Shown here: in pieces, positions 37,567 through 45,074 of the stretch
Layout of the letters: each line of letters starts with the position of its first letter
Position numbering within the stretch: the stretch's first letter is position 1
Source: a virus
Taxonomy: Duplodnaviria > Caudoviricetes
IMG/VR virus record: IMGVR_UViG_3300025126_000016
Coordinates: 10,264-74,263 of that record
Direction: 5' to 3' (one strand)
DNA length: 64,000 nt
Program-made: the position numbers and the translations under genes
The notes under the pieces: generated by a model
What the model saw: the letters and a program-made list of their open reading frames with translations, nothing else
Told to the model about the DNA's origin: nothing
Databases searched by the model: none

Positions 37567-37799
37567 CATGGCAACCCATCGAGGAAATGGTCCCTGACTC
37601 AGCTATCTGGGTGATTAAGTACACGCTCTATACTGACGACTTGGGAAATTTCGTTGATGCCGATCACCATGAGGCAGAGCCTTTCACCGACTGTCATGGC
37701 TGGTATGAAACCGAGGCAGAGGCCCTAAAGGTGATGAACCACTTCCCAAAACCCAACAGCTACAGAGTAGAACGGGTTCACAAAAGGAGACTAAAATGA
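37563..37799 (+). CDS. Hypothetical protein
   Basis: Start MTWQPIE, coupled. Confidence 0.55.
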   Translation: MTWQPIEEMVPDSAIWVIKYTLYTDDLGNFVDADHHEAEPFTDCHGWYETEAEALKVMNHFPKPNSYRVERVHKRRLK

Positions 37800-38563
37800 C
37801 CCAACCATCTAATCTAACTCAACTAAAGAAGCATCTGGGCGTCAACTCCCTGCTTTCCGGCGAGGGCACCAATCCAAAGGTTGCCAAGAACGAAAAGCTA
37901 GGGGTTCTCGGTGCAGTGCTTCACCTTGCACCTGCCGACTTGTCTGGCTTTGAGGTCTGTCCGATGCGTTCGGCAGGCTGTACGGCAGCATGTCTGCACA
38001 CCGCAGGAAACCCGGCATATCTCAAGAACAAGAACGAGGCTCGTATCAAACGGACCAAGGCGTTCTTTGCTGACCGTGAGGCCTTCATGAACCTTCTGGT
38101 TCTGGAGATTGCCAAGATGAAGAAGTCTGCGGACGATCAGAAGCTCGACCTTGCTGTGAGACTGAATGGGACCAGCGATATTCGTTGGGAAACCGTGAAG
38201 TTTACGGTATGGGATTGGGTGCGAGAGCGGGCCGGAATCCTTGGTGGCAAAGGCACGATTTTGGAGCAGTTCTATGACATTCAGTTCTACGACTACACCA
38301 AAATCCACAACCGTAAGCGCATCCCTCACAATTACCACTTGACGTTCAGTTTGAACGAGACTAATCGTAAGTTTGCAACTAAGCAGGACCGAAACATTGC
38401 TGTCGTGTTCTCTGGCAAACTCCCCGACGAGTATCTCGGTCGGCCTGTGATTGACGGGGACGAGACTGATTACCGACCCGAGGACCCCGAGGGTGTGGTA
38501 GTTGGCCTCAAGGTAAAGGGTAAAGGTCGTCAGGACGAGACTGGCTTCGTAATTCATCTTTAA
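37796..38563 (+). CDS. GP88-family Fe-S/radical-SAM-like phage protein
   Basis: CPMRSAGCTAACL, VRLNGTSD, FYDYTK, YHLTFS, DGDETDYRPED...VVGLKVKG. Confidence 0.8.
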   Translation: MTQPSNLTQLKKHLGVNSLLSGEGTNPKVAKNEKLGVLGAVLHLAPADLSGFEVCPMRSAGCTAACLHTAGNPAYLKNKNEARIKRTKAFFADREAFMNLLVLEIAKMKKSADDQKLDLAVRLNGTSDIRWETVKFTVWDWVRERAGILGGKGTILEQFYDIQFYDYTKIHNRKRIPHNYHLTFSLNETNRKFATKQDRNIAVVFSGKLPDEYLGRPVIDGDETDYRPEDPEGVVVGLKVKGKGRQDETGFVIHL

Positions 38564-38578
38564 TTGAAAGGAAAAATA

Positions 38579-39145
38579 ATGTCTGATTTCAAAGAAGGCG
38601 ACAAGGTTCGCGTAGTATCCAGCATATACACCTCGATCATTGAAGGAGAGGTTGGAGAAATCATCAAGATTTACTCGAATATCCAAGTCCCAAGTGGCCA
38701 AAGGTATGTTGTGCAGGTAGCTGACAAGATACCTCTGCGCTTCTTTGCACGAGAACTCGAACTGGTCGATCAACCCCTCATTGGGGCAGGAGCGAGAGTC
38801 CGATGCATCAAGGAAGGACGGTACTTCGGTAAGGAAGGAACAGTAGTTTCCGTCCGCACTGATGCCACTGCTCCCTACAACATTAAATGGGACGGGGCGA
38901 GCTTGGACAGCGTGAATGGCGGTCACTGGACTCGTGGTGCTGTTGAAGAAATCACTCAGCAACAGGACGACTCTCAAGATGAGGAAATCGCTCAACTTAA
39001 GGGTCTGCTCTACGATTGCCACTGGTTGTTCAGCTATTATGCAAAGCAGCATGCTTCCAAGGGGACCAATGAAGCCATGTACAAGGCTCTGATGAACCAG
39101 ATGATGACTGACCGGATTAGTGATGTTATCGAAACTGATAGCTGA
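38579..39145 (+). CDS. Protein with two SH3/KOW-like GDKVRV modules
   Basis: FKEGDKVRVV...RELELV and IGAGARVRCI repeats; strong RBS at 38579. Confidence 0.65.
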   Translation: MSDFKEGDKVRVVSSIYTSIIEGEVGEIIKIYSNIQVPSGQRYVVQVADKIPLRFFARELELVDQPLIGAGARVRCIKEGRYFGKEGTVVSVRTDATAPYNIKWDGASLDSVNGGHWTRGAVEEITQQQDDSQDEEIAQLKGLLYDCHWLFSYYAKQHASKGTNEAMYKALMNQMMTDRISDVIETDS

Positions 39146-39509
39146 TCGGGTCCACCCCGAGGATATTGCAGTGATCTGCGGCAGACATGCTGTCGCAGTT
39201 CGCCGCATGTTACCCAAGGGGTATCAACCCAAGGCGAGGCTGAAAACTCCCTACGGACTAACCGATGAAACCGCAGGCCTTAGGGCCAGGCTCGGAGGCA
39301 TTATTGCCGCTATGAGCGAAAAGGGATTGACTCGGGAAAGGATAGGGGAGTTGACAGGTCTCAATAAACGTGAGAGCTATAGAGCAGAGCGTCGTCCGTT
39401 CGCTCACGACTGGACGCTCTCACAAATCGAAAGGACATTATCTTATGAAGCTGGAACAGGACGCATTCACATTCTGGACGCTGATGCGGAGGATGAGGAA
39501 CAGTCCTAA
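39120..39509 (+). CDS. Putative HTH DNA-binding protein
   Basis: GLTRERIGELTGLNKRESYRAE. Confidence 0.55.
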   Translation: MMLSKLIADRVHPEDIAVICGRHAVAVRRMLPKGYQPKARLKTPYGLTDETAGLRARLGGIIAAMSEKGLTRERIGELTGLNKRESYRAERRPFAHDWTLSQIERTLSYEAGTGRIHILDADAEDEEQS

Positions 39510-39643
39510 TCTTATTGTCCGAAAGTTTGCTCGTGAGAATGAGCTACCCACCCTTGCAGCGACCACCAATTCGCCGAAACTGGCCGCTCGCATTCATCGT
39601 GAAATCGGCACCTAACTAACCGCTTAATCTAAAGGAAATCGAA

Positions 39644-39973
39644 ATGAATACTCAAACTACACTCGCCGCCCAGATCGCAATGCTCGACGCTCGCATCAAG
39701 GCACAGAACGAAGAACTGGCCCAACTCAAGGCCGACCTGATAGCAGAAGTCGGTGATGCGGGTGCTACTATCGAAACTTCGATTGCCACCGTTACGGTGA
39801 CGAAGCAGACCGAAGACCGCAACACTGGTCAGGTCGTATTCTCTCTGGATGTCAACACCTTCCTCGCTCAGGACGAGCGTGTGCAGGCCAACCTTGTGAA
39901 GCAGGGCGTGGTATCCAAGCAGCAGAAGATCACCCGAGGACAGGCCCCAAGCGTTCGCGTTAAGGCCAAGTAA
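39644..39973 (+). CDS. Hypothetical protein
   Basis: 109 aa, AAAGGAAAT RBS, followed by terminator. Confidence 0.75.
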   Translation: MNTQTTLAAQIAMLDARIKAQNEELAQLKADLIAEVGDAGATIETSIATVTVTKQTEDRNTGQVVFSLDVNTFLAQDERVQANLVKQGVVSKQQKITRGQAPSVRVKAK

Positions 39974-39981
39974 TAGAGGGA

Positions 39982-40018
39982 GAGGCGTTCTGGATTTGTT
40001 CCAGAACGCCTCATTTTT
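39982..40018 (+). terminator. Intrinsic terminator
   Basis: GAGGCGTTCTGGA/TCCAGAACGCCTC stem plus T-tract. Confidence 0.8.
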
Positions 40019-40038
40019 GAAAATAAATGGAGGTCAGT

Positions 40039-40278
40039 ATGACCATCACTCGCGTATTCAAACCTCTGGAAGAAAAGACCAGAGAAGGACTGATTGAACA
40101 AATCAAGCGGATGCAGGACCGCGCTCATATGCAGAGAGCCACGCAAAACGCAGTGGAAAAGGCGTACCTGACCCGTCTGGCCAATTATCGTAAGGCTAAA
40201 GCTCTGGCCAATGAGAGAGCAGACAGGGCCGAGGCCGCAATGCGAGCCATGCTCGACAACTTTGGAGATATCGGATGA
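40039..40278 (+). CDS. Hypothetical coiled-coil protein
   Basis: GGAGG RBS before MTITRV. Confidence 0.6.
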   Translation: MTITRVFKPLEEKTREGLIEQIKRMQDRAHMQRATQNAVEKAYLTRLANYRKAKALANERADRAEAAMRAMLDNFGDIG

Positions 40279-41399
40279 TCGTACACCCCACAATCTACAA
40301 GTATGACACGAAAGGAAATTGCCGTGTCTGGCGAATGGAAATCGACGGAGCAAAATATAGGACCGTGGCGGGTATCGAAGGGGGAAGTTTGGTTGAATCT
40401 AAGTGGACCACTGCTAAGGGTAAGAACGTGGGACGAGCGAACGAAACTTCGCCCGAAGAACAGGCCGAGCTTGAGGTAGCCAGCAAGTACGAGAACAAGC
40501 TGAGCCGAGAGTATTCTGAAACGAAGGAAGCTGCCAAGTCTGGTGCTCACTTCTTCAAGCCGATGCTTGCCCAACCCTACAAGGGCCTACCCCTGTGGCA
40601 GGACCTTTATGTTCAGCCTAAGTTGGATGGAATGCGCTGCATCGCTACGAAGGATGGACTATTCTCTCGTCAGGGTAAGCCAATCCTTGGCTGTCCTCAC
40701 ATCTTTGAGGCGCTGGAAGCAGCCTTCAAGAAAGACCCGATGCTTATCATCGACGGTGAGCTTTACAACCATCACCTCAAGGACGACTTCCCTCGTCTCA
40801 TGAGCCTGTGCAAGAAGCAGGACCCAACTGACGAGCAGCTTGCTGAATCCGCAGAGCTTGTGGAATACTACGTATATGATTGCCCATCCAAAGCAGACTT
40901 CAAGTTTAGCACCAGGATGGTGTTTCTCTCACAAGCATTACAAGATGCTGGCATCAATACTGTAGATGATTATGGTCCTATTGTTCCGACCGCTACTTTG
41001 AAGATTACTTCGGACGACCCCGTGAAATTCTTCAATGACTTCCACGGCAAGTGCGTGGCCGCAGGACATGAAGGTTCGATGCTTCGACTCGACAAGCCTT
41101 ATGAACAGAAGCGGAGCAAGCATCTACTCAAGCGAAAGGATTTTCTGGATGATGAATTCGAAGTGGTTCGACTCGTTGAGGGCGAAGGCAACTGGTCTGG
41201 TGCTGTCAAGAGCGTACTCTGCCGAGCCAAGAACGGAAAAGAGTTTGGCTCAGGAGTTAAGGGAAGCCGAGAGTATGCCGAGTCTCTCATGGGAAGAGAT
41301 TTTAGCACTGCCAAGGTCCGATATTTTGAACTAACACCAGACGGTGTGCCGCGATTCGGCATCTGTCTTGAACTTTATGAAGGAGAACGTGATGATTAA
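40275..41399 (+). CDS. ATP-dependent DNA ligase
   Basis: KPMLA, QPKLDGMRC, IIDGELY, EGSML, KRSKHLLKRKDF, OB domain GVPRF. Confidence 0.93.
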   Translation: MIVHPTIYKYDTKGNCRVWRMEIDGAKYRTVAGIEGGSLVESKWTTAKGKNVGRANETSPEEQAELEVASKYENKLSREYSETKEAAKSGAHFFKPMLAQPYKGLPLWQDLYVQPKLDGMRCIATKDGLFSRQGKPILGCPHIFEALEAAFKKDPMLIIDGELYNHHLKDDFPRLMSLCKKQDPTDEQLAESAELVEYYVYDCPSKADFKFSTRMVFLSQALQDAGINTVDDYGPIVPTATLKITSDDPVKFFNDFHGKCVAAGHEGSMLRLDKPYEQKRSKHLLKRKDFLDDEFEVVRLVEGEGNWSGAVKSVLCRAKNGKEFGSGVKGSREYAESLMGRDFSTAKVRYFELTPDGVPRFGICLELYEGERDD

Positions 41400-41601
41400 G
41401 AACGTCATAACAGTAGCACTGGCTCTGGGACTAGCAGCCTGTGCAACCACCGTGGTCCAGAAACCCGGAGCAAGTCCATCGCAGACTAATCGAGATATTC
41501 AGGAGTGTGAATACGAGGGGATGAAAGCCTCTCCGATGAACGCCCTGATTGCTCGTCAGATCACAGCAAAATGTCTCAAGATGAAAGGATACACATTCTA
41601 A
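41389..41601 (+). CDS. Small lipoprotein
   Basis: Start MIKNVIT, lipobox LAAC. Confidence 0.7.
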   Translation: MMIKNVITVALALGLAACATTVVQKPGASPSQTNRDIQECEYEGMKASPMNALIARQITAKCLKMKGYTF

Positions 41602-42020
41602 TGATTGACCCAGACAAGCCACTTGAAGCGTACCACCCGCAGCACGGGACGGTTCCTCTGAAAATTCGGCACACAAATAACGATCCCGTTAGTCCGAAAA
41701 GCGGGTATTACCAGACGGATAAATCTCCTCATGGCCGCTCGAATGAGTATTGGAGGAAGGACTGGACTTGTTGCTGCGGAAGCGAGTGGGTTATTCGTAA
41801 CTTACCCGATTTCTCGCAAGAAAGCATCCGAGAAATGTGGAAACTGGTTCAGCAAGCTAGTGATGGTATTTCTGTCATGCATCGTGCCCAAGCGTTTATT
41901 CTCAACCACCGTCAAGACCCTGTCGCCCTGCTGGCTAACTCGGTAGACCTGACACCGGAGGAACTTGAGAAGATTCTCGAAGAGAGGGGTCTGGAGATTA
42001 GTTATGAAGAAGATTCCTGA
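41571..42020 (+). CDS. Hypothetical protein
   Basis: 149 aa in continuous gene run. Confidence 0.55.
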   Translation: MSQDERIHILMIDPDKPLEAYHPQHGTVPLKIRHTNNDPVSPKSGYYQTDKSPHGRSNEYWRKDWTCCCGSEWVIRNLPDFSQESIREMWKLVQQASDGISVMHRAQAFILNHRQDPVALLANSVDLTPEELEKILEERGLEISYEEDS

Positions 42021-42590
42021 CACTTGGAAACAGGTGCTGGAAGATATTCAGAAAGTGTGTCCCTCTGCCGTACTGGCAGGGGGCGCACTCCGAGACCTAG
42101 TGTTTGATGTCGAGGTCAAGGACTTGGATATCTTCATCGAAGCTGGCAATGAGAACGAAGCTTGGGGCAGTTTCAAAGCCTTGGGCGGGAAGATTCCTGA
42201 GCCTCAGAAAATTATGGGTGGCTTGTCCTGCATTGATGAGAGGGTGTCTACCCTCAGAGTATGCAGGAAGTTATCCTAGTCGAGGACTACGCAGGAGACA
42301 ACCCAACAGGTATCCCTATACAGTTGATCTTCGTTAACTGGAAAACGGAGCGCAGTCACGAACGGTTCGACATCGGCATCTGCCGTATCAGTTACGATGG
42401 AAGGGATGTCAGTATCTCCCGTGATTTCGAGCAAGATTCCTCGGATCAAGTGATCAACATCAGGCGGTGCGAAAATAAGTGGATGCTTGGTGCCACTATC
42501 AACAGGTATCTGAGATTGAAGAAGAAATATCCCGATTGGGAGATAAAATTGGATGGAGTAGACCTCAAGGAGGTTGACACTCATATCTGA
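42004..42590 (+). pseudogene. tRNA nucleotidyltransferase/poly(A) polymerase head-domain-like protein split into two overlapping frames
   Basis: GGALRD...KDLDIF in 42004-42279; RFDIGICRI and RYLRLKKKY in 42261-42590; -1 frame open from 42240. Confidence 0.7.
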
Positions 42591-42602
42591 TAGGCGTATA
42601 TG
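42574..42602 (+). promoter_or_regulatory. Sigma70-like promoter for tmRNA operon
   Basis: TTGACA-17 nt-TATATG. Confidence 0.75.
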
Positions 42603-42608
42603 CGCCGA

Positions 42609-42938
42609 ACCAGTCGCTTGAAGCGGCTTTGAAGTGAGGGCAAGACGCGGGGGCAGTACCCGCCGCCTCCACCAGATTGACTGATATGAGACCAATTGGA
42701 AAGTCTCTGCTAGGTCAAACCGGCGGGACGCAGGTTCAATTCCTGCTTTCAGTCAATCTGATGGGGGCGAACCAGGATCGATTGCCAAGCGGACGAGTTG
42801 TTAGGCTGTGAGCGTGGCTGCTTTGAAAAGCCAAGTTTGATAAATGCAAACGACAATGACATGCCAGTCATGAAAATGGCAATTGCGGCCTAATTAGGCA
42901 AAGCGGGGTCCAAAGGAACCTGTCAACAGAATCCCTTT
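42609..42938 (+). ncRNA. ssrA: Circularly permuted two-piece tmRNA (acceptor piece to 42674, coding piece from 42763), tag ANDNDMPVMKMAIAA
   Basis: GCGGG-GGCAGTA-CCCGC T-arm, CGCCTCC-ACCA; GGGGGCG with G3.U70; tag frame 42846-42893; alpha-type 3' element GCGGGGTCC...GGAACCTGTCAACAGAATCC. Confidence 0.92.
42680..42753 (+). ncRNA. tRNA-like cloverleaf within the tmRNA intervening segment
   Basis: ACTGATA/TTTCAGT stem, D-arm AGAC-CAATTGGAAA-GTCT, T-arm GCAGG-TTCAATT-CCTGC; imperfect anticodon arm, no CCA. Confidence 0.75.
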
Positions 42939-42966
42939 TAGTTTAACCAAGAGAAGGAATACCATT

Positions 42967-43113
42967 ATGAATCGTAAGTACGCAGTCCTTGGAGCAGCCG
43001 CTCTGGCCTTTGCCGTAGCAGCTTGTGAACCTGCTGAGGAGCAGGAAGAAGAAGTAGTAGTTGAAGCCGGTGGACCGGTTGACGCTGATGGAGCAGACGA
43101 AAATGCGAACTAA
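42967..43113 (+). CDS. Small acidic lipoprotein (48 aa)
   Basis: Hand translation MNRKYAVLGAAALAFAVAACEPAEEQEEEVVVEAGGPVDADGADENAN; lipobox VAAC; AAGGA RBS. Confidence 0.75.
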   Translation: MNRKYAVLGAAALAFAVAACEPAEEQEEEVVVEAGGPVDADGADENAN

Positions 43114-43579
43114 GATTGCCCTCATCGCTGGTGCCCTCGCCCTTGGCGTAGCTGCACCGGCCTCGGCCAATGAGTTTGGTGGCCTGTATGCCTCGGCAAC
43201 TGCCGGTGTGCAGGACGTAACTCAGGTTCCGACTGCTGACGACATCGTTTACGGTGCCAACGCCGGTGTCAACATTCCTCTGGGCGATGCAATCGTCGGC
43301 CTTGAGGCAACTGCTGACAACGTCTTCGAAGACAGCCGCGAAATCGGAGCCTCGGCCCGTCTCGGTTATACCTTCGACGACGTAATGCTGTATGGTGAAG
43401 CAGGCTACACCAACTACCGTGACGTATTCAGTCGTGAACTGGATGGTCTGCGTGTAGGTGCTGGCCTCGAATACAACATCAGCAACAACACTTTTGTGTC
43501 GGCTGAATACAGGTACACGGACTTCGAAGCTGGCGTTGGAAAACACGCTGGACTTGTTGGCCTCGGTATCCGCTTTTAA
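43103..43579 (+). CDS. Outer-membrane beta-barrel protein (OmpA/OmpW-like transmembrane domain)
   Basis: Signal peptide to APASA; amphipathic strands ARLGY, LYGEAGY, VGAGLEY, AEYRYTDF; C-terminal Phe. Confidence 0.88.
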   Translation: MRTKIALIAGALALGVAAPASANEFGGLYASATAGVQDVTQVPTADDIVYGANAGVNIPLGDAIVGLEATADNVFEDSREIGASARLGYTFDDVMLYGEAGYTNYRDVFSRELDGLRVGAGLEYNISNNTFVSAEYRYTDFEAGVGKHAGLVGLGIRF

Positions 43580-43601
43580 GTCGGCAACGACTTGTGTGTG
43601 G

Positions 43602-43631
43602 GAAAGGGGGCTTTTCAGCCCCCTTTCTTTT
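43602..43631 (+). terminator. Intrinsic terminator after OMP gene
   Basis: GAAAGGGGGCT/AGCCCCCTTTC stem plus T-tract. Confidence 0.8.
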
Positions 43632-43638
43632 GTCCAAT

Positions 43639-43720
43639 ACCCTCGTAACCAGTTCGGTCTTCTACACCGCTATCTGTAATGGAGTTGAAAATGTGGGTTC
43701 GAGTCGCACCTAGGGTTCCA
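43639..43720 (+). ncRNA. tRNA-like RNA with undetermined anticodon
   Basis: ACCCTCG/CTAGGGT acceptor, T-arm GTGGG-TTCGAGT-CGCAC, U73-CCA; core region non-canonical. Confidence 0.65.
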
Positions 43721-43743
43721 TTCTAATCTAAAAGGAAATATCT

Positions 43744-43914
43744 ATGAAGTTTGTTCTAGTCTGTGTCGCAGAAGAAGATGAAACCGGTCACGTTACCCAT
43801 GTACAGGACAGCGGAGGTTACGGTTACATGCTCTCAAACGGAGACGTTCTCGAAATCGACCTAGCCAAGGGTGAAAGTATCGACATCATTCATAGTGACG
43901 AAGAAGTAAATTAA
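43744..43914 (+). CDS. Small acidic protein (56 aa) ending 1 nt before tRNA-Thr
   Basis: MKFVLVCVAEEDETG...DEEVN, AAGGAAAT RBS. Confidence 0.65.
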   Translation: MKFVLVCVAEEDETGHVTHVQDSGGYGYMLSNGDVLEIDLAKGESIDIIHSDEEVN

Positions 43915-43915
43915 C

Positions 43916-43991
43916 GCCGGATTAGCTCAGATGGCAGAGCAGCTGATTTGTAACCAGAAGGTCGTGGGTTCGATGCCTACATCCGGCACCA
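43916..43991 (+). tRNA. trnT: tRNA-Thr(TGT)
   Basis: Canonical cloverleaf, loop TTTGTAA, CCA. Confidence 0.93.
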
Positions 43992-43995
43992 GATT

Positions 43996-44070
43996 GCGGA
44001 AGTAGCTCAGTGGTAGAGCAGGTGGTTGAAGTTCACCGTGTCAGCGGTTCGATTCCATTCTTCTGCACCA
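43996..44070 (+). tRNA. trnF: tRNA-Phe(GAA)
   Basis: Loop TTGAAGT, A73-CCA. Confidence 0.85.
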
Positions 44071-44075
44071 GATAC

Positions 44076-44150
44076 GGGCCTGTAGCTTAATGGGAGAGCA
44101 GCATCCTTGCAAGATGTTAGGTGAGAGTTCGAATCTCTCTAGGTCCACCA
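44076..44150 (+). tRNA. trnA: tRNA-Ala(TGC)
   Basis: G3.U70, loop CTTGCAA, CCA. Confidence 0.93.
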
Positions 44151-44155
44151 GACAT

Positions 44156-44233
44156 GGCCCCGAGGTCCGAAGAGTCGAGGCCTCGCACTGTCTATGCGAG
44201 TTCAAGCGGGTTCGAGTCCCGCCGGGGTCGCCA
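44156..44233 (+). tRNA. trnD: tRNA-Asp(GTC)
   Basis: Loop CTGTCTA, G73-CCA. Confidence 0.88.
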
Positions 44234-44240
44234 TGTTTGA

Positions 44241-44313
44241 GCGGGTGTGGCTATGCTAGCCAGCTGGCCTTCCAAGCCATGCCAAGAGGGTTGGATTCCC
44301 TCCATCCGCTCCA
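44241..44313 (+). tRNA. trnG: tRNA-Gly(TCC), reduced D-loop
   Basis: Loop CTTCCAA, U73-CCA; D-arm GGCTA-TGC-TAGCC; T-loop TTGGATT. Confidence 0.8.
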
Positions 44314-44317
44314 ATGT

Positions 44318-44392
44318 TGCACGGTCGTCTAATCGGTAAGACGCTCGACTCTGACTCCTGAAACGTAGGTTCGAACCCTGCCCGTGCATCCA
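44318..44392 (+). tRNA. trnQ: tRNA-Gln(CTG)
   Basis: U1-A72, loop CTCTGAC, CCA. Confidence 0.85.
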
Positions 44393-44393
44393 C

Positions 44394-44467
44394 TGCCCCT
44401 TCGTCTAGTGGTAGGACCGGAGCCTTTGAAGCTTTTAACGCTGGTTCGAATCAAGCAGGGGCATCCA
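44394..44467 (+). tRNA. trnQ: tRNA-Gln(TTG)
   Basis: U1-A72, loop CTTTGAA, CCA. Confidence 0.85.
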
Positions 44468-44530
44468 GATTTTTACGAAAATTTTTCAGAAGATTTTGGG
44501 TCGAGTTTTAGAAAGGCAAAAGTTAGAGGG

Positions 44531-44559
44531 TTGACACCTAAAAAGACCTCGTCTATATG
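44531..44559 (+). promoter_or_regulatory. Sigma70-like promoter for leader plus Met/Asn/Pro/Trp/His tRNA operon
   Basis: TTGACA-17 nt-TATATG preceded by an AT-rich tract. Confidence 0.78.
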
Positions 44560-44635
44560 ACCCTCCACGGGCCGAGGGGATTCCCATCTCCTTAATGCGG
44601 TTTAACCACCCTCGGCCCACCTATTGGAGTTAGAA

Positions 44636-44722
44636 ATGCGTTACATGAATGTAAATCATTGGCGACCCAATACACACGCATGGGTGCGACATCCCATGCG
44701 TGAACAAGCTGTCGGCGGCTAA
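44636..44722 (+). CDS. Leader peptide MRYMNVNHWRPNTHAWVRHPMREQAVGG (candidate attenuator uORF)
   Basis: GGAG RBS at 44626; 28 codons, 13 Met/Asn/His/Trp/Pro; stop inside hairpin 22 nt before tRNA-Met. Confidence 0.7.
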   Translation: MRYMNVNHWRPNTHAWVRHPMREQAVGG

Positions 44723-44744
44723 CTAACTCCCGCCGATACTCTGT

Positions 44745-44820
44745 TGCAGAGTAGAGAAGCGGCATCTCACCACCCTCATAAGGTCGGAAACCGTGGGTTC
44801 GAGTCCCACCTCTGCAACCA
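44745..44820 (+). tRNA. trnM: tRNA-Met(CAT), initiator-like D-arm
   Basis: Loop CTCATAA, TGCAGAG/CTCTGCA acceptor, A73-CCA. Confidence 0.85.
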
Positions 44821-44837
44821 TTTCCCAAAATATATGT

Positions 44838-44912
44838 TGATGCGTAGCATAATGGCAATGTACGTCACTGTTAATGACGGGGATGCAGGTTCGAGTCCTG
44901 CCGTATCAGCCA
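44838..44912 (+). tRNA. trnN: tRNA-Asn(GTT)
   Basis: U1-A72, loop CTGTTAA, G73-CCA. Confidence 0.9.
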
Positions 44913-44913
44913 T

Positions 44914-44991
44914 CTAGGAGTAGCTCAGTCTGGCCAGAGCATCCCGTTTGGGGCGGGAGGGCCGAAGGTTCGAATCCTTCCTTCTAGACCA
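44914..44991 (+). tRNA. trnP: tRNA-Pro(TGG)
   Basis: C1-G72, loop TTTGGGG, A73-CCA. Confidence 0.92.
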
Positions 44992-44992
44992 C

Positions 44993-45067
44993 AGGTCGGA
45001 GCATACGGGTTATGCCTCTTGGACTCCAAATCCGAGAGAGAGGGTTCGATTCCCTCCCCTCCTGCCA
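44993..45067 (+). tRNA. trnW: tRNA-Trp(CCA)
   Basis: Loop CTCCAAA, G73-CCA; two acceptor-stem mismatches. Confidence 0.85.
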
Positions 45068-45074
45068 TTTTCTT

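Noticed and set aside
38370-38381. AGTTTGCAACTA near-match to the late motif
   Set aside because: Lies inside the GP88 coding sequence in antisense orientation with no downstream gene; probably chance
42680-42753. Reading the tmRNA-internal cloverleaf as an opal suppressor or tRNA-Sec (UCA at positional anticodon)
   Set aside because: Anticodon stem does not pair in that register, position 33 is G, no CCA, and no Sec-type long arms
43639-43720. Amber suppressor (CUA) reading of the tRNA-like RNA or genome-wide stop-codon recoding
   Set aside because: CTA is not in a U33/purine-37 context, and core genes are intact under the standard code with TAG used as a stop
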